Shown here piece by piece: positions 39,632 through 48,985 of a stretch of 64,000 bases of DNA (its first letter is position 1; the number at the start of each line of letters is the position of its first letter). A model generated the notes under the pieces. The model was given only the letters and a program-made list of their open reading frames with translations, had not been told where the DNA came from and searched no databases. The translations under genes and the position numbers were made by a program. The DNA is from Candidatus Omnitrophota bacterium (GTDB lineage: Bacteria > Omnitrophota > Gorgyraeia > Zapsychrales > JANLHA01): positions 12,484 through 76,483 of the forward strand of contig JBBRHV010000002.1 of the NCBI GenBank assembly GCA_038222225.1, in the 5' to 3' direction.

Positions 39632-40576
39632 TTACTCAAATAAACAACTGATCGAAGCCTCATTGTGAATACGATAAATCGCATCAGCCAACAACGGTGC
39701 AATTGTGACCGTTGTAATCTTCGGATTCGATTTTGTCTTTCGGAACGGAATACTGTCTGTAATGACCACCTCTCTTAAAACCTTGCAATCCTGAATTCTT
39801 TGAAGTGCGTTGCCCGAAAGAACGCCATGGCTTACCGCCGCATACACCTCAACGGCGCCCTTTTTACGCAGACTTTCAGCTGCCTCAACCAAAGATCCAG
39901 CCGTCGCAGCGATGTCATCAACAATGACCGCGATCTTATTGCGCACGGCGCCTAAAATATGCATGACTTCTGTTTTTTCAGGGCTTGTCCGACGCTTATC
40001 AACAACCGCCAATGACGCGCCCAAACGCTTCGAATAAGCACGAGCCATCTTAATACTTCCCACATCCGGAGAAACAACCACCAATTTTCTCCGGTCCAGA
40101 TTCTTCGTGCGGAAATAATCGCATAAAGAATTGATCGCGTACAGATGATCCACCGGGATATCAAAAAACCCCTGGATCTGACTCGCATGCAGGTCCATCG
40201 TCAAAACACGATCAGCCCCTGCCCCATAAATCAGATTAGCAACCAGCTTGGCGGTGATCGGAACCCGCGGTTTATCTTTGCGGTCCTGGCGGGCATACCC
40301 ATAATAAGGCAGCACAGCCGTAATTCGCTTGGCAGACGCCCGGCGAGCAGCATCGATAAGAACCAAAAGCTCCATCAAATTATCATTGGCAGGCGGACAT
40401 GTCGGCTGAACAATAAACGTGTCTTTCCCGCGGATATTTTCCAAGATCTGAACGCGAATCTCTCCTTCGCTAAAACGCCCGACCAATGCCTTGGTCAGAG
40501 AAATATGAAGGTTCTTGCAAATCCTTTTTCCAAGCTCCGGATTCGCGTTGCCAACCACAATGGCTAACCCATCCAT
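39632..40576 (-). CDS. prs: ribose-phosphate pyrophosphokinase
   Basis: PRPP synthetase motifs (..VVSPDVGS.., VDDI..TAGS); 314 aa. Confidence 0.9.
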   Translation of the reverse strand: MDGLAIVVGNANPELGKRICKNLHISLTKALVGRFSEGEIRVQILENIRGKDTFIVQPTCPPANDNLMELLVLIDAARRASAKRITAVLPYYGYARQDRKDKPRVPITAKLVANLIYGAGADRVLTMDLHASQIQGFFDIPVDHLYAINSLCDYFRTKNLDRRKLVVVSPDVGSIKMARAYSKRLGASLAVVDKRRTSPEKTEVMHILGAVRNKIAVIVDDIAATAGSLVEAAESLRKKGAVEVYAAVSHGVLSGNALQRIQDCKVLREVVITDSIPFRKTKSNPKITTVTIAPLLADAIYRIHNEASISCLFE

Positions 40577-40587
40577 GAACCGTCTCC

Positions 40588-41853
40588 TTACTGTTTTATT
40601 TTTCGCTTTCCAACGATCTTTCCCGGAACACCAACCATCACATGATAATCAGGCAATATCTTTTCCTTCGCCACAACACACCCTGCGCCAGTCACCGCAT
40701 GCTTCCCGATTTTTACGGGAGCAACCAAAATAGAATCTGATCCGATAAATGCGCCATCCCCCAGACGGGTCTGGTGCTTATCTTTTCCATCAAAATTCGC
40801 CGTCACAACACCCGCGCCGATATTCACTTCGCTGCCGGCCGTTGTATCACCCAGAAAACTGAAATGTTTCATAAAACTCTTGTCGCCGATCTTTGAGCGG
40901 GAAACCTCCGTAAAGTTTCCAACCTCTACTTGATTCCCGATCCGCGTACCGGGCCGAAAATGCGCAAATGGTCCAATAACGCAATCTTTGCCGATGACAA
41001 CATCCTCTTCGATGACGGTGAATGGCTTAACCACCGTGCCCCGGCCGATCTTCACATCAGCATTGATAAACGTAGTCGCCGGATCCACGATCGAAATTCC
41101 ATCCAGCATAAACCGTTCCAGGATCCTTCGGCGTAAAACAACAGCGGCATTTGCCAATTCAACCTGCGTATTGATCCCCCATCCCTCCTGAGGACTTTCC
41201 GTTTCTATCGTCTCGACCTTAAGGTTGCGCGCAGCCATCACTTCAACAATATCCGTTAAATAAAATTCCTTTTTCTTCGGGTTCATCTGAATCAACGGCA
41301 AGGCCTTCAAAAACGATTCACCCTTAAAACAGTACACGCCCACATTGATCTCTAAAATAGACCGTTCCGCGTTCAGCAGATCTTTGTCCTCCCGAATCGC
41401 CACAGCCCGTCCATCCGCCCCTCGAATGATCCGCCCATAACCAGCAGGATTGCCAACGACTGCCGTCAGCACAGTACAGCTGGCCCCTGTCTGATGATGC
41501 TTTCTGATCACTGTTTTCAGGGTTTCCGTTCTTAACAGCGGCGTATCACCGCAAACGACCAGAACATCCCCTTTAAAATTTTTCAACTTGCTCTCGGCGC
41601 ACCTGACCGCATCTGCCGTTCCCAAAAGTTCCTTCTGCACCAGCGGCTCAAGGTCCGAACCCAAAATGCCTTTAACCTTTTCAGCTTCATGCCCGACGAC
41701 AACATAGGATATCAAAGAACCTGCTGATTGAACCGCCTCGATCACGTAAGACAACATCGGCCGGCCGCATACAGGATAGAGAACTTTGGGTTGATCGGAT
41801 TTCATCCGAGTTCCCTTTCCAGCTGCCAAAATAATTGCGCGCAATTCTTTCAT
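40588..41853 (-). CDS. glmU: bifunctional N-acetylglucosamine-1-phosphate uridyltransferase / glucosamine-1-phosphate acetyltransferase
   Basis: N-terminal nucleotidyltransferase (ILAAGKGTRMKS) plus C-terminal hexapeptide-repeat acetyltransferase; glmU-prs order conserved. Confidence 0.8.
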   Translation of the reverse strand: MKELRAIILAAGKGTRMKSDQPKVLYPVCGRPMLSYVIEAVQSAGSLISYVVVGHEAEKVKGILGSDLEPLVQKELLGTADAVRCAESKLKNFKGDVLVVCGDTPLLRTETLKTVIRKHHQTGASCTVLTAVVGNPAGYGRIIRGADGRAVAIREDKDLLNAERSILEINVGVYCFKGESFLKALPLIQMNPKKKEFYLTDIVEVMAARNLKVETIETESPQEGWGINTQVELANAAVVLRRRILERFMLDGISIVDPATTFINADVKIGRGTVVKPFTVIEEDVVIGKDCVIGPFAHFRPGTRIGNQVEVGNFTEVSRSKIGDKSFMKHFSFLGDTTAGSEVNIGAGVVTANFDGKDKHQTRLGDGAFIGSDSILVAPVKIGKHAVTGAGCVVAKEKILPDYHVMVGVPGKIVGKRKIKQ

Positions 41854-42013
41854 AAGAAAAATGTATTCCCAAATTCTGTGAAGACGAACAGGCCTTTCGG
41901 CTCCCTCGTCGCCAGCTCATCAGTCCCTCAAACGTTCAACTCTTTGTGTATCCCCGCAACACAAGCCCGCTGGCTTATAATGAACGAGGCTTCGAAGTGG
42001 TCGCGTCGAAATA

Positions 42014-42084
42014 CTGCCCGGCCTGGATTCGAACCAGGAATGCGAGATCCAAATTCTCGAGTGTTACCATTACACCACCAGGCA
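42014..42084 (-). tRNA. tRNA-Gln (anticodon UUG)
   Basis: A 71-nt cloverleaf read on the minus strand. Acceptor stem TGCCTGG/CCGGGCA has the Gln-typical U1:A72 pair and discriminator G. D-arm GTGT-AATGGTA-ACAC. Anticodon stem CGAGA/TCTCG with loop ATTTGGA (anticodon TTG). T-arm CCTGG-TTCGAAT-CCAGG is identical to E. coli tRNA-Gln. No encoded CCA. Confidence 0.85.
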
Positions 42085-42117
42085 AGAACTGATTGCCTTT
42101 TTAAAAATCTCTTATTG

Positions 42118-42498
42118 CTATTTATCTGCGGGATTTTGGGCCTCATAGGCCTTCAGCACTTCGGACTGTAAATAATCGCGGAATTCTTGAGTGATCGGAT
42201 GAGCAATATCCCGATGTTCTGCCTTTGCATCACGAACCAAATCCTCTTCCGACGCCGGCTTTAATTCCGCCCCGCACTGATTACAATATTTGCTCCCGAC
42301 TTCATTCTTGAAATTACATTTCGCACACGGGTGCTTCATCTTCCGTGACGGCATAGCAATAAACACTCCGTTCGATCCCTGGATGACTTTGATATTACGA
42401 ATCACAAACGACTGATCAAATGTCACCGTGGCATAGGCCTTAAGCTTTTTATCCTGTCCTTCTTTTGAAAAAACACGGACTTCCGTAATTTTCATCAA
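42118..42498 (-). CDS. spoVG: SpoVG family protein carrying an internal CxxC...CxxC zinc-ribbon insertion
   Basis: The N-terminal half aligns with SpoVG (ITEVRV....KAYATVTFDQSFVIRNIKVIQGSNGVFIAMPS) and the RDIAHPI motif is present. A ~35-40 aa segment containing CAKC...CNQCG is inserted between them. Sits upstream of glmU-prs-ctc-pth as in Bacillus. Confidence 0.75.
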   Translation of the reverse strand: MMKITEVRVFSKEGQDKKLKAYATVTFDQSFVIRNIKVIQGSNGVFIAMPSRKMKHPCAKCNFKNEVGSKYCNQCGAELKPASEEDLVRDAKAEHRDIAHPITQEFRDYLQSEVLKAYEAQNPADK

Positions 42499-42512
42499 GG
42501 AGCATCCCCCTT

Positions 42513-43463
42513 TTAAAAAGTTCTTACGGCAAAAACCTGGCTATAATGCTTACGTAATATGCTTCGCCATTTTTCAGCCTCCGCTTTGGATTTCATCAAA
42601 CCAAATAACGAAGGACCACTTCCAGAGAACGAAACCCCTTGCATCCCTAACGCTTTTAAGCGTTCCTTAATGTCCGCCAATCTTGGACAGACAGAAATAA
42701 TCCCTTGCTCCAAATCATTGAAAAGAAGATCCCTAGACTTATTAATATCTCTTTCCAATAAAGAATGGATAAGGATATTAGCATTACCAGCTGTCTTTGT
42801 CAACCTTTCGATTTTCTTCCCAGTTCTAGCCCGAAAAGACCGTTTTTGCCCATAAACCACCCCTGAATTCTTGCTAAAAACCGAGCTGCTGGTCACCGCC
42901 AACTTCAGCGCGCCATAAACTTTTGGGGTTGGCATCTTAATTCGAGGAACCACCAGTACATGCCAAAGCTTTTTTCTTAAGACAACCGGCTGGATGCGTT
43001 CCCCGCGCCTTTCGCCAATCGCCCAATTGATATTCCAAATGAAAAACGACACATCGCTGCCGATACGGGCCGCGCAGTCTAACAGCTGTTTGCGCGACAA
43101 CCGCAGGTTCCAAAGACGGTTTAATGCGAACAGGGTGGTTGCTCCATTGCTAGAGCCTCCGGCCAGACCGGCCGCCACAGGAATGTTTTTTGTGATCTTC
43201 ACTTCAACGCCCTTGGTCACACCGCAATACTGCTGCAAAAGAGCTGCCGCCTTATACACAAGATTTTGGCTTCCCAAAGGCACGCCGGGATGATCGCAAA
43301 CAATGCGAATCTCCTGCGAAGGCAGTGTCTTAAAATGCATGTCATCACACAGATCAATCCGTTCAAAAAGGGTATGGATATTATGAAACCCATCCACCCG
43401 TCGATTGATCACTTTTAAAATGAGATTTAATTTGGCTGGCGACTGTAACTGTAACACGTTCAT
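42513..43463 (-). CDS. ispE: 4-diphosphocytidyl-2-C-methyl-D-erythritol kinase
   Basis: GHMP kinase N-terminus (SPAKLNL.L.V..RR.DGFH) and Gly-rich loop (PVAAGLAGGSSNGA); 316 aa. Confidence 0.85.
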   Translation of the reverse strand: MNVLQLQSPAKLNLILKVINRRVDGFHNIHTLFERIDLCDDMHFKTLPSQEIRIVCDHPGVPLGSQNLVYKAAALLQQYCGVTKGVEVKITKNIPVAAGLAGGSSNGATTLFALNRLWNLRLSRKQLLDCAARIGSDVSFFIWNINWAIGERRGERIQPVVLRKKLWHVLVVPRIKMPTPKVYGALKLAVTSSSVFSKNSGVVYGQKRSFRARTGKKIERLTKTAGNANILIHSLLERDINKSRDLLFNDLEQGIISVCPRLADIKERLKALGMQGVSFSGSGPSLFGLMKSKAEAEKWRSILRKHYSQVFAVRTF

Positions 43464-44461
43464 AATGTAGGCAAAGATTTGTCTTGCTCTAAAGGTTTGG
43501 TTTCACCAGGGTTCTCGGCTGTGTCACTGGAAAAAATACCCAAAGCGCGCTGCCAGTATTCATCGGCCTTAACGGAATCTCCCATAGCGCGGTACACCTG
43601 CGAAATGTGCTTAAAAATTTCCGGGTCTTCTAAGGAGCTTAAGGCTTTGCTTAAATTTTCCAATGCCTTCTGATAATCACCCTGCTTAAAGTAAACCCAT
43701 CCCAAACTGTCTAAATACGCGCCGTTTCGAGGATCAATGATCAGCGCCTGGTCAATCATCATTTTTGCCTCGTCCAGTTTAATTCCTTTTTCCGCATATA
43801 AATACCCCAAGGAATTCAAACAGCTGTCATTGGCCGGGTCATACTGCAGAGTTTTCTCGAACATCTCCATAGCTTTCGGCTCATTATCAATCTCAAGATA
43901 AAGCGCCCCTAAAAGAAACATGACATCTGCGTTGTCCGGCTCAAGCGATAACACTGCTTCAAACTGCTGGACTGCCTTGTCATATTCTTTTTGCGAATAG
44001 TACAGCTGCGCAAGATATCCGTAGATTTCAATGTTTTCCGGCTGGGCTTCAACGAATGAAGTCAGAATCGCTTCATACTGTTTTGCGGCCTGATCATAAT
44101 CCTTTTGAGTCGAATAGATCAGTGCCAGCAGATACCGCGCCTGCACATTATTGGCGTCAAACTCTAGCGCCTTCGTCAGATCATCAATCGCCTTTTGAAG
44201 TTTTCCGAGTCTCGCATAATCAGCCCCGAGCCTTAAACGCACGGCATAATTATCCTTATAGCCGGCGGATTTCTGAAACTCCTCAATCGCACGGTCTGTT
44301 TCACCGTAAAGATCATAGACGATCCCCATAGCGTAAAAAGCCAAGCTTTTCGCCTTCGCATCTTGATCTTCCAAAGCCCAGACTGATGGGTTAACTGCAC
44401 ACCCCAGGGCCCATATAATCAAGCTAATCCCAATGATTTTAAGGCAGCGATGAGTGATCAT
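43460..44461 (-). CDS. tetratricopeptide-repeat protein with N-terminal signal peptide
   Basis: Multiple TPR units (..A..Y..LG..Y...G.Y..A...). The preferred start is the internal ATG (MITHRCLKIIGISLIIWALGCAVNPSVWA, signal-like), because the longer track ORF would begin inside a terminator-like hairpin. Confidence 0.6.
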   Translation of the reverse strand: MITHRCLKIIGISLIIWALGCAVNPSVWALEDQDAKAKSLAFYAMGIVYDLYGETDRAIEEFQKSAGYKDNYAVRLRLGADYARLGKLQKAIDDLTKALEFDANNVQARYLLALIYSTQKDYDQAAKQYEAILTSFVEAQPENIEIYGYLAQLYYSQKEYDKAVQQFEAVLSLEPDNADVMFLLGALYLEIDNEPKAMEMFEKTLQYDPANDSCLNSLGYLYAEKGIKLDEAKMMIDQALIIDPRNGAYLDSLGWVYFKQGDYQKALENLSKALSSLEDPEIFKHISQVYRAMGDSVKADEYWQRALGIFSSDTAENPGETKPLEQDKSLPTL

Positions 44462-44496
44462 CTCGAAATCCCGAATGAGGATTGAAAACAAACGCA

Positions 44497-44530
44497 GAGG
44501 CTCAACCGCCAAACAGCAGCGCTGAGCCTC
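44497..44530 (-). terminator. stem-loop (8-bp stem GAGGCTCA/TGAGCCTC, 18-nt loop) followed on the minus strand by a U-rich run; candidate terminator for the small ORF and hisG
   Basis: Perfect inverted repeat at 44497-44504 / 44523-44530. Minus-strand RNA continues UGCGUUUGUUUUC. Confidence 0.4.
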
Positions 44531-44539
44531 TTGCTAAGA

Positions 44540-44641
44540 TTAAGACCAGTCTCTCTTCTTGATATGACGCTTTGACTTTCTGAGCTTCTTCCGCTTGTGA
44601 GTCGTGATTTTTGTTCGCTTACGCTTCTTTCCGCAAGGCAT
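44540..44641 (-). CDS. unannotated 33-aa lysine/arginine-rich small protein (MPCGKKRKRTKITTHKRKKLRKSKRHIKKRDWS), bS22/AURKAIP1-like; candidate small ribosomal protein
   Basis: ATG at 44641 is preceded by SD GGAGAG (10-nt spacer), the ORF ends TAA at 44542..44540, and the hairpin above follows immediately. Composition and the KRKR..THKRKKL.K pattern resemble small basic ribosome-associated peptides. The ORF is below the 60-aa cutoff of the supplied track. Confidence 0.45.
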   Translation of the reverse strand: MPCGKKRKRTKITTHKRKKLRKSKRHIKKRDWS

Positions 44642-44659
44642 AGATTTATTTCTCTCCGT

Positions 44660-45541
44660 TTAAAAGATAATTTTGTTTAACGAATATTCAATAATCCCCT
44701 GTGCACCGGCGGCCTTCAATGCCGGAATAATACTACGCACTTTGCTTTCGTGAATCACGGTCTCAACAGCCAACCAACCGCCTTGGCTTAAATGTGAAAT
44801 CGTCGGATTCTGCAAAGAAGTCAACTGCTTTAAAACCTTCTCCAGATTTTTCTCCTCGACGTTGAGCTTCAGACCAACCATACCGTCGGCATCGATCGCG
44901 CCTTTTAACAGCATCGCGATCTGATCCATCTTCTTTTTTTTCCAAGAATCCTTAACCGACTGACGGTTTGCAATCAGTTGAGTGGTCGACTCGCAAATCG
45001 TAGCGACAATCCTCAATTTATTCGCCTTCAAACTGCTGCCGGTCTCTGTCAACTCAACCACCGCATCCACCAAGCCTGCAGCGACCTTCGCTTCCGTTGC
45101 TCCCCAACTGAACTCCACATCGGCCTTAACACCGTTTTCTTTCAAATAATGCTTTGTGACATTGACCAGTTCAGTGGCAATCCGTTTGCCTTCCAGATCC
45201 TTGGCGGACTTGATCTTTGAATTCTCCGGAACAGCCAAAACCCACCGCACCTTCACCGCTGTCTGCTTGGCATAAACCAAATCAGCCAAGGGAAGAACTT
45301 TAGACCCGTTTTCAAGAGTCCAATCCGCCCCGGTAATCCCGCAATCCAAAACCCCGTCTTCAACATAACGCGAAATTTCCTGAGCCCGAAGCAAAACAGG
45401 CTCAATTTCAGGATCATCAATAGAAGGGAAATACGAACGGCCCGAAATATAAATTTTAAATCCAGCCCGCTCAAAGACTTTAATGGTCGCCTCCTGCAGG
45501 CTCCCCTTCGGTAAGCCAAGTTTTAACGTGCCCATAGCCAT
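44660..45541 (-). CDS. hisG: ATP phosphoribosyltransferase (long form with C-terminal regulatory domain)
   Basis: HisG catalytic motifs (..GITGADW.LE...; ..[13 protein letters not shown]) and 293 aa. No other his genes are visible nearby. Confidence 0.8.
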   Translation of the reverse strand: MAMGTLKLGLPKGSLQEATIKVFERAGFKIYISGRSYFPSIDDPEIEPVLLRAQEISRYVEDGVLDCGITGADWTLENGSKVLPLADLVYAKQTAVKVRWVLAVPENSKIKSAKDLEGKRIATELVNVTKHYLKENGVKADVEFSWGATEAKVAAGLVDAVVELTETGSSLKANKLRIVATICESTTQLIANRQSVKDSWKKKKMDQIAMLLKGAIDADGMVGLKLNVEEKNLEKVLKQLTSLQNPTISHLSQGGWLAVETVIHESKVRSIIPALKAAGAQGIIEYSLNKIIF

Positions 45542-45686
45542 CCCCTATATAGTCCGCTGGAATATTATATATGCCAGTTCAATGCCTTTAATTAAAAATG
45601 AAGCGTTATTATACCCACAACTTAAAAAAATGTAAAGATTTTTTCCTGATGCCCAAACTCTAGAATCATAACTCAAAAATGCCCAC

Positions 45687-45715
45687 TTGCCAAACAATCA
45701 ATTGGTCTTTATAAT
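45687..45715 (+). promoter_or_regulatory. sigma70-type promoter TTGCCA-17-TATAAT for the PpiD-like gene
   Basis: -35 at 45687-45692, -10 at 45710-45715, then AAGGAG SD and ATG at 45753. Confidence 0.5.
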
Positions 45716-45752
45716 ATCACTCCATTCCGTATTCAAACAAGGAGTTTACGCT

Positions 45753-47225
45753 ATGTTGAAAATCTTGCGCAAAGAAGGCGTTATGAAAACCCTTCTCTGG
45801 ATTGTGGCTGTTGTTATTGTGCTCTCATTCGGCATTTTCAGCAATGCCTATTTGCTCAGCGACCGCAATACTAAAATCAAATATGCCGGACGCATCTTTG
45901 GGGAAAAGGTTCAAATCAAAGATTTCTTGAACCAACTGGAGTTCTTAGACGCCTATTATATGATCACAATCCCAAATTATGAACAGCTCCGGCCTCAAGT
46001 GAATCTTGAAGACCGGACATGGGAACGGCTGATCCTTCTACACGAAGCCCGAAAGGAAAATGTTTCTGTCAAAGACGAAGAAGTCATTTCTTACATCAAA
46101 ACTCTCTTTGCCTCCAAAGGAGCGTTCAATCCCGGCTGGTATAAAACAGTTCTTCAGCGTCTTTCTCTCACAGCCCCGCAATTTGAGCACGGCCTCCGCC
46201 AAACTTTAGAAATTGAAAAGCTCTTCGAGCTCAAAACCCTCGGCAGCTCCGTCAGCGATGAAGAAGTCCTGAACGCCTATACACAACAAAACGAACAGGT
46301 TCAAATCGTCTATGCTCTTTTTCCAACAGCAGACTTTTTAATTAAAATGGAAAAAAACGATATCGCCGTTAAGTCGTTCTTTATTGATCACAAATCCGAC
46401 TTTATTCAGCCGCCTTCCATACAAGTCCATTATCTGGCCTTCACAACACCCACCGAACCGGCATCCTCCGCAGCGGCGGAAGACCCGTACGCCCTTGCTC
46501 TAAAAGCAGCCGATCGAATCTTACAAGGCGAAAGCATCTACTCCGTTGCGCAGTCTCTCAACACCCCCGTTGAAGAGACCGGTTTTTTCAATATGAACAA
46601 TGCCAACATCAAACTGGGCTGGTCATTAGATACCATTCAGCGGCTCTATCAAATGCAGCCGCTGGAAGGCGTTGAATTTGTCCCCACGGACTCAGGCTAT
46701 CAGCTTCTGCAGATCAAAGCCAAAAAGGACGCGTATTTACCGGCCTTTGAAGAGGTCAATCAAGAAGCAACTCAATCCTGGGAAGAAGCACAAGCTAAAA
46801 ACCTGGCCAAAGAAGAAGCCATTGCAAAACGCCTTGTGATCATTGAATTTCTTAAACAAAACCCGGCTCAAACCTTTCAGGAAGCGGCCTCCTCTTCAGG
46901 AGTGTTCGCGCAGGAATCGCCTGTTTTTAAAAGAAACGACTATCTGCCAAACCTGGGCATGGCGTCTGAACTTCAGGAAGCAGCGTTCCCGCTCAATGAA
47001 CAATCCATAAGCGAGGCTATTGAAACACCTACTGGTTATGCCTTCTTTAAAGTACTAAAACATATTCCGATCGACCCGGACGCGTTTGAGAAGGAAAGCA
47101 TGATCTTGCGCTCGGAGCTGTTGCGAAAAAAGCAAACCGCTGTTTTCAACGCATACCTTACCAATGTTCTTTCCAAGGCTAATCTCGAAGACGTGATCTC
47201 GGATTGGATGAAAAAGAAAAATTAA
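45753..47225 (+). CDS. membrane-anchored periplasmic chaperone, SurA-N / PpiD-like domain protein
   Basis: Start ATG 45753 with AAGGAG SD. N-terminal TM (LLWIVAVVIVLSFGIF) followed by a SurA_N-like helical domain; no clear parvulin signature seen; 490 aa. Confidence 0.5.
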   Translation: MLKILRKEGVMKTLLWIVAVVIVLSFGIFSNAYLLSDRNTKIKYAGRIFGEKVQIKDFLNQLEFLDAYYMITIPNYEQLRPQVNLEDRTWERLILLHEARKENVSVKDEEVISYIKTLFASKGAFNPGWYKTVLQRLSLTAPQFEHGLRQTLEIEKLFELKTLGSSVSDEEVLNAYTQQNEQVQIVYALFPTADFLIKMEKNDIAVKSFFIDHKSDFIQPPSIQVHYLAFTTPTEPASSAAAEDPYALALKAADRILQGESIYSVAQSLNTPVEETGFFNMNNANIKLGWSLDTIQRLYQMQPLEGVEFVPTDSGYQLLQIKAKKDAYLPAFEEVNQEATQSWEEAQAKNLAKEEAIAKRLVIIEFLKQNPAQTFQEAASSSGVFAQESPVFKRNDYLPNLGMASELQEAAFPLNEQSISEAIETPTGYAFFKVLKHIPIDPDAFEKESMILRSELLRKKQTAVFNAYLTNVLSKANLEDVISDWMKKKN

Positions 47226-47243
47226 GCGCAACGCCACATACAC

Positions 47244-47280
47244 AAAAAAGCCCCGCTTAAAAGCGGGGCTTTTTCTTTGT
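47244..47280. terminator. bidirectional rho-independent terminator (AAAAAAGCCCCGCTTAAAAGCGGGGCTTTTT)
   Basis: 7-bp GC-rich stem with an A-run upstream and a T-run downstream, sitting between convergent genes. Confidence 0.8.
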
Positions 47281-47295
47281 TTTCTTTTAAACTTT

Positions 47296-47796
47296 TTACT
47301 TTAAAAGAATCTCCTCATAATTCTCCGGAATCGCATGCTCAACCGCACGGACTTTTCCATCTGCGCCGATGAAATACAAAGTCGGAATCCCTGGAATGAC
47401 ATAATCTTCAGACGTCATTTCATCGGGATCAACCAGGACATTCAAATCAAACTTATTGCGTTCCATAAAAGACTTTACCTGCTTAGCGTCCTCTCCCAAA
47501 TCAATAAGGATCACTTCAATGCCTTCCTTATGGATCGCATCAATCTCCTGATTTAGAATTTTTACCTGGCTTCGGCAATGCGGGCACCACGTTGCCCAGA
47601 AAAAGAGAATCGCAGGTTTTCCATCCCGAATCTGTGATAACGTCCACGCCTGTCCATCCAAATCTTTAAGTGTAAATTCCGCAGCCTTCTTTCCGATCAG
47701 AGGATTGCCGAATAATTGAAACTGCGCCCCCGCAACCGACGCCATCAAAGACACTAAAAAGGCCGCCATCAAACTATATTTAAAAATACGCCGCAT
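47296..47796 (-). CDS. TlpA/ResA-like thiol:disulfide oxidoreductase (redoxin family)
   Basis: Thioredoxin-fold active site WATWCPHC; signal-like N-terminus when started at MRRIFKYSLMAAFLVSLMASVAGA. Confidence 0.7.
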   Translation of the reverse strand: MRRIFKYSLMAAFLVSLMASVAGAQFQLFGNPLIGKKAAEFTLKDLDGQAWTLSQIRDGKPAILFFWATWCPHCRSQVKILNQEIDAIHKEGIEVILIDLGEDAKQVKSFMERNKFDLNVLVDPDEMTSEDYVIPGIPTLYFIGADGKVRAVEHAIPENYEEILLK

Positions 47797-47824
47797 GAAA
47801 TCCTCCTCGCGAATTTCCCGTTTT

Positions 47825-48142
47825 TTATTTTTGAGTTTGCTCATCAACCCATTTTAAATATTCAGAACTGCCCTCTGCAATTGGCACCGCAATAATTTCC
47901 GGGACAGCGTAGGAATGCTCCAAACAAACAGCCTCTTCAACATCCTTAAAGAGCGCCTGACGTGTCTTTAAAATAAGCAGCGTTTCCTCTGCGCTCTCGC
48001 GTTTTCCCTGCCAGCAAAAAAATGAATGAACCCCCGCAACAATATTGGCACAGGCGATCAAATGTTTGTCCAAAAGAAGCGTGCTGATCTTTTCAGCCTC
48101 TTCTTGAGTTGAACATGTCACGAAAATGACAATATGTCCCAT
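47825..48142 (-). CDS. cutA: divalent-cation tolerance protein CutA
   Basis: CutA1 fold sequence (IVIFVTCS..EEA..I...L...LIACANI...) and 105 aa. Confidence 0.8.
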   Translation of the reverse strand: MGHIVIFVTCSTQEEAEKISTLLLDKHLIACANIVAGVHSFFCWQGKRESAEETLLILKTRQALFKDVEEAVCLEHSYAVPEIIAVPIAEGSSEYLKWVDEQTQK

Positions 48143-48193
48143 AAAACCTTCTCTGTATTTAGTCGCAAAATCCGCTTAAATCTTACCCGCGCG

Positions 48194-48889
48194 TTAAGCC
48201 AGCTGAAGCACAGACAAATGCCGACCCGCCGTTTCTTTCTGCCGGCGATAGGAAAACAACTCCTTTGAACAGCACGTGCAGTCGTTTACATCAAAAATAT
48301 TCTGATCTAAAATTCCCTGTTCCAAAAGCTTTGCACGACAGGCTCCCTGCAGGTCTAGAAACCAGTTGCCGTCTCTCGGAGCCACATGATCCGGAAAGAT
48401 CTCACAAAACTCCTGTCCCACTTGATAACAACAACTCCGGATCGAAGGCCCTAGAACAGCCTTCACCTTCTCTGGTGAAGAATGACAAGCAGCTCTCATC
48501 GAAACAAAAGCACTGGCAATAATATCATCAGCCGTTCCCCGCCATCCGGCATGGACAAGCCCGATAGAACGGGTCTGTTCATCACATAAAAAAACAGGAA
48601 CGCAATCCGCGGTGCGGATCGTTAAAACCACCGCCGGATCTGACGTAATAACCGCATCGGCATCCACAATAAGCCCGTCCTCAATATAGGCCGCATCAAT
48701 ATCCAGAACCCTGCCTCCATGGACCTGATGAATATGGACAACCATCTGAGGGTCAACATTCAAAGAACGCAAATAATCGCTTTGAACCTCATTGAGACCA
48801 AACGACATGTCCGACCACTCGAAACTCACGGAAGTATCCGTAAAGAACGCCCGTACTCCCGAACCTAGGAAATGGCTTAAGTCCTGCAT
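48194..48889 (-). CDS. pgeF: YfiH/PgeF family protein (purine nucleoside phosphorylase / laccase-domain, DUF152)
   Basis: Conserved HAGWRG motif and catalytic Cys/His pattern; 231 aa. Confidence 0.8.
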   Translation of the reverse strand: MQDLSHFLGSGVRAFFTDTSVSFEWSDMSFGLNEVQSDYLRSLNVDPQMVVHIHQVHGGRVLDIDAAYIEDGLIVDADAVITSDPAVVLTIRTADCVPVFLCDEQTRSIGLVHAGWRGTADDIIASAFVSMRAACHSSPEKVKAVLGPSIRSCCYQVGQEFCEIFPDHVAPRDGNWFLDLQGACRAKLLEQGILDQNIFDVNDCTCCSKELFSYRRQKETAGRHLSVLQLA

Positions 48890-48985
48890 GATTTAATGAT
48901 TGTATCAAGAGACCATTTGAAAGTCTAGCTGGTATGGAAAAAACTCCGTTCAACAACCGCACAAAAATCCTGTGATCAACAACCC

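Noticed and set aside
41928-42146. 72-aa ORF on the minus strand spanning the tRNA-Gln gene
   Set aside because: It is fully explained by the tRNA-Gln cloverleaf (42014..42084) on the same strand; the ORF is spurious.
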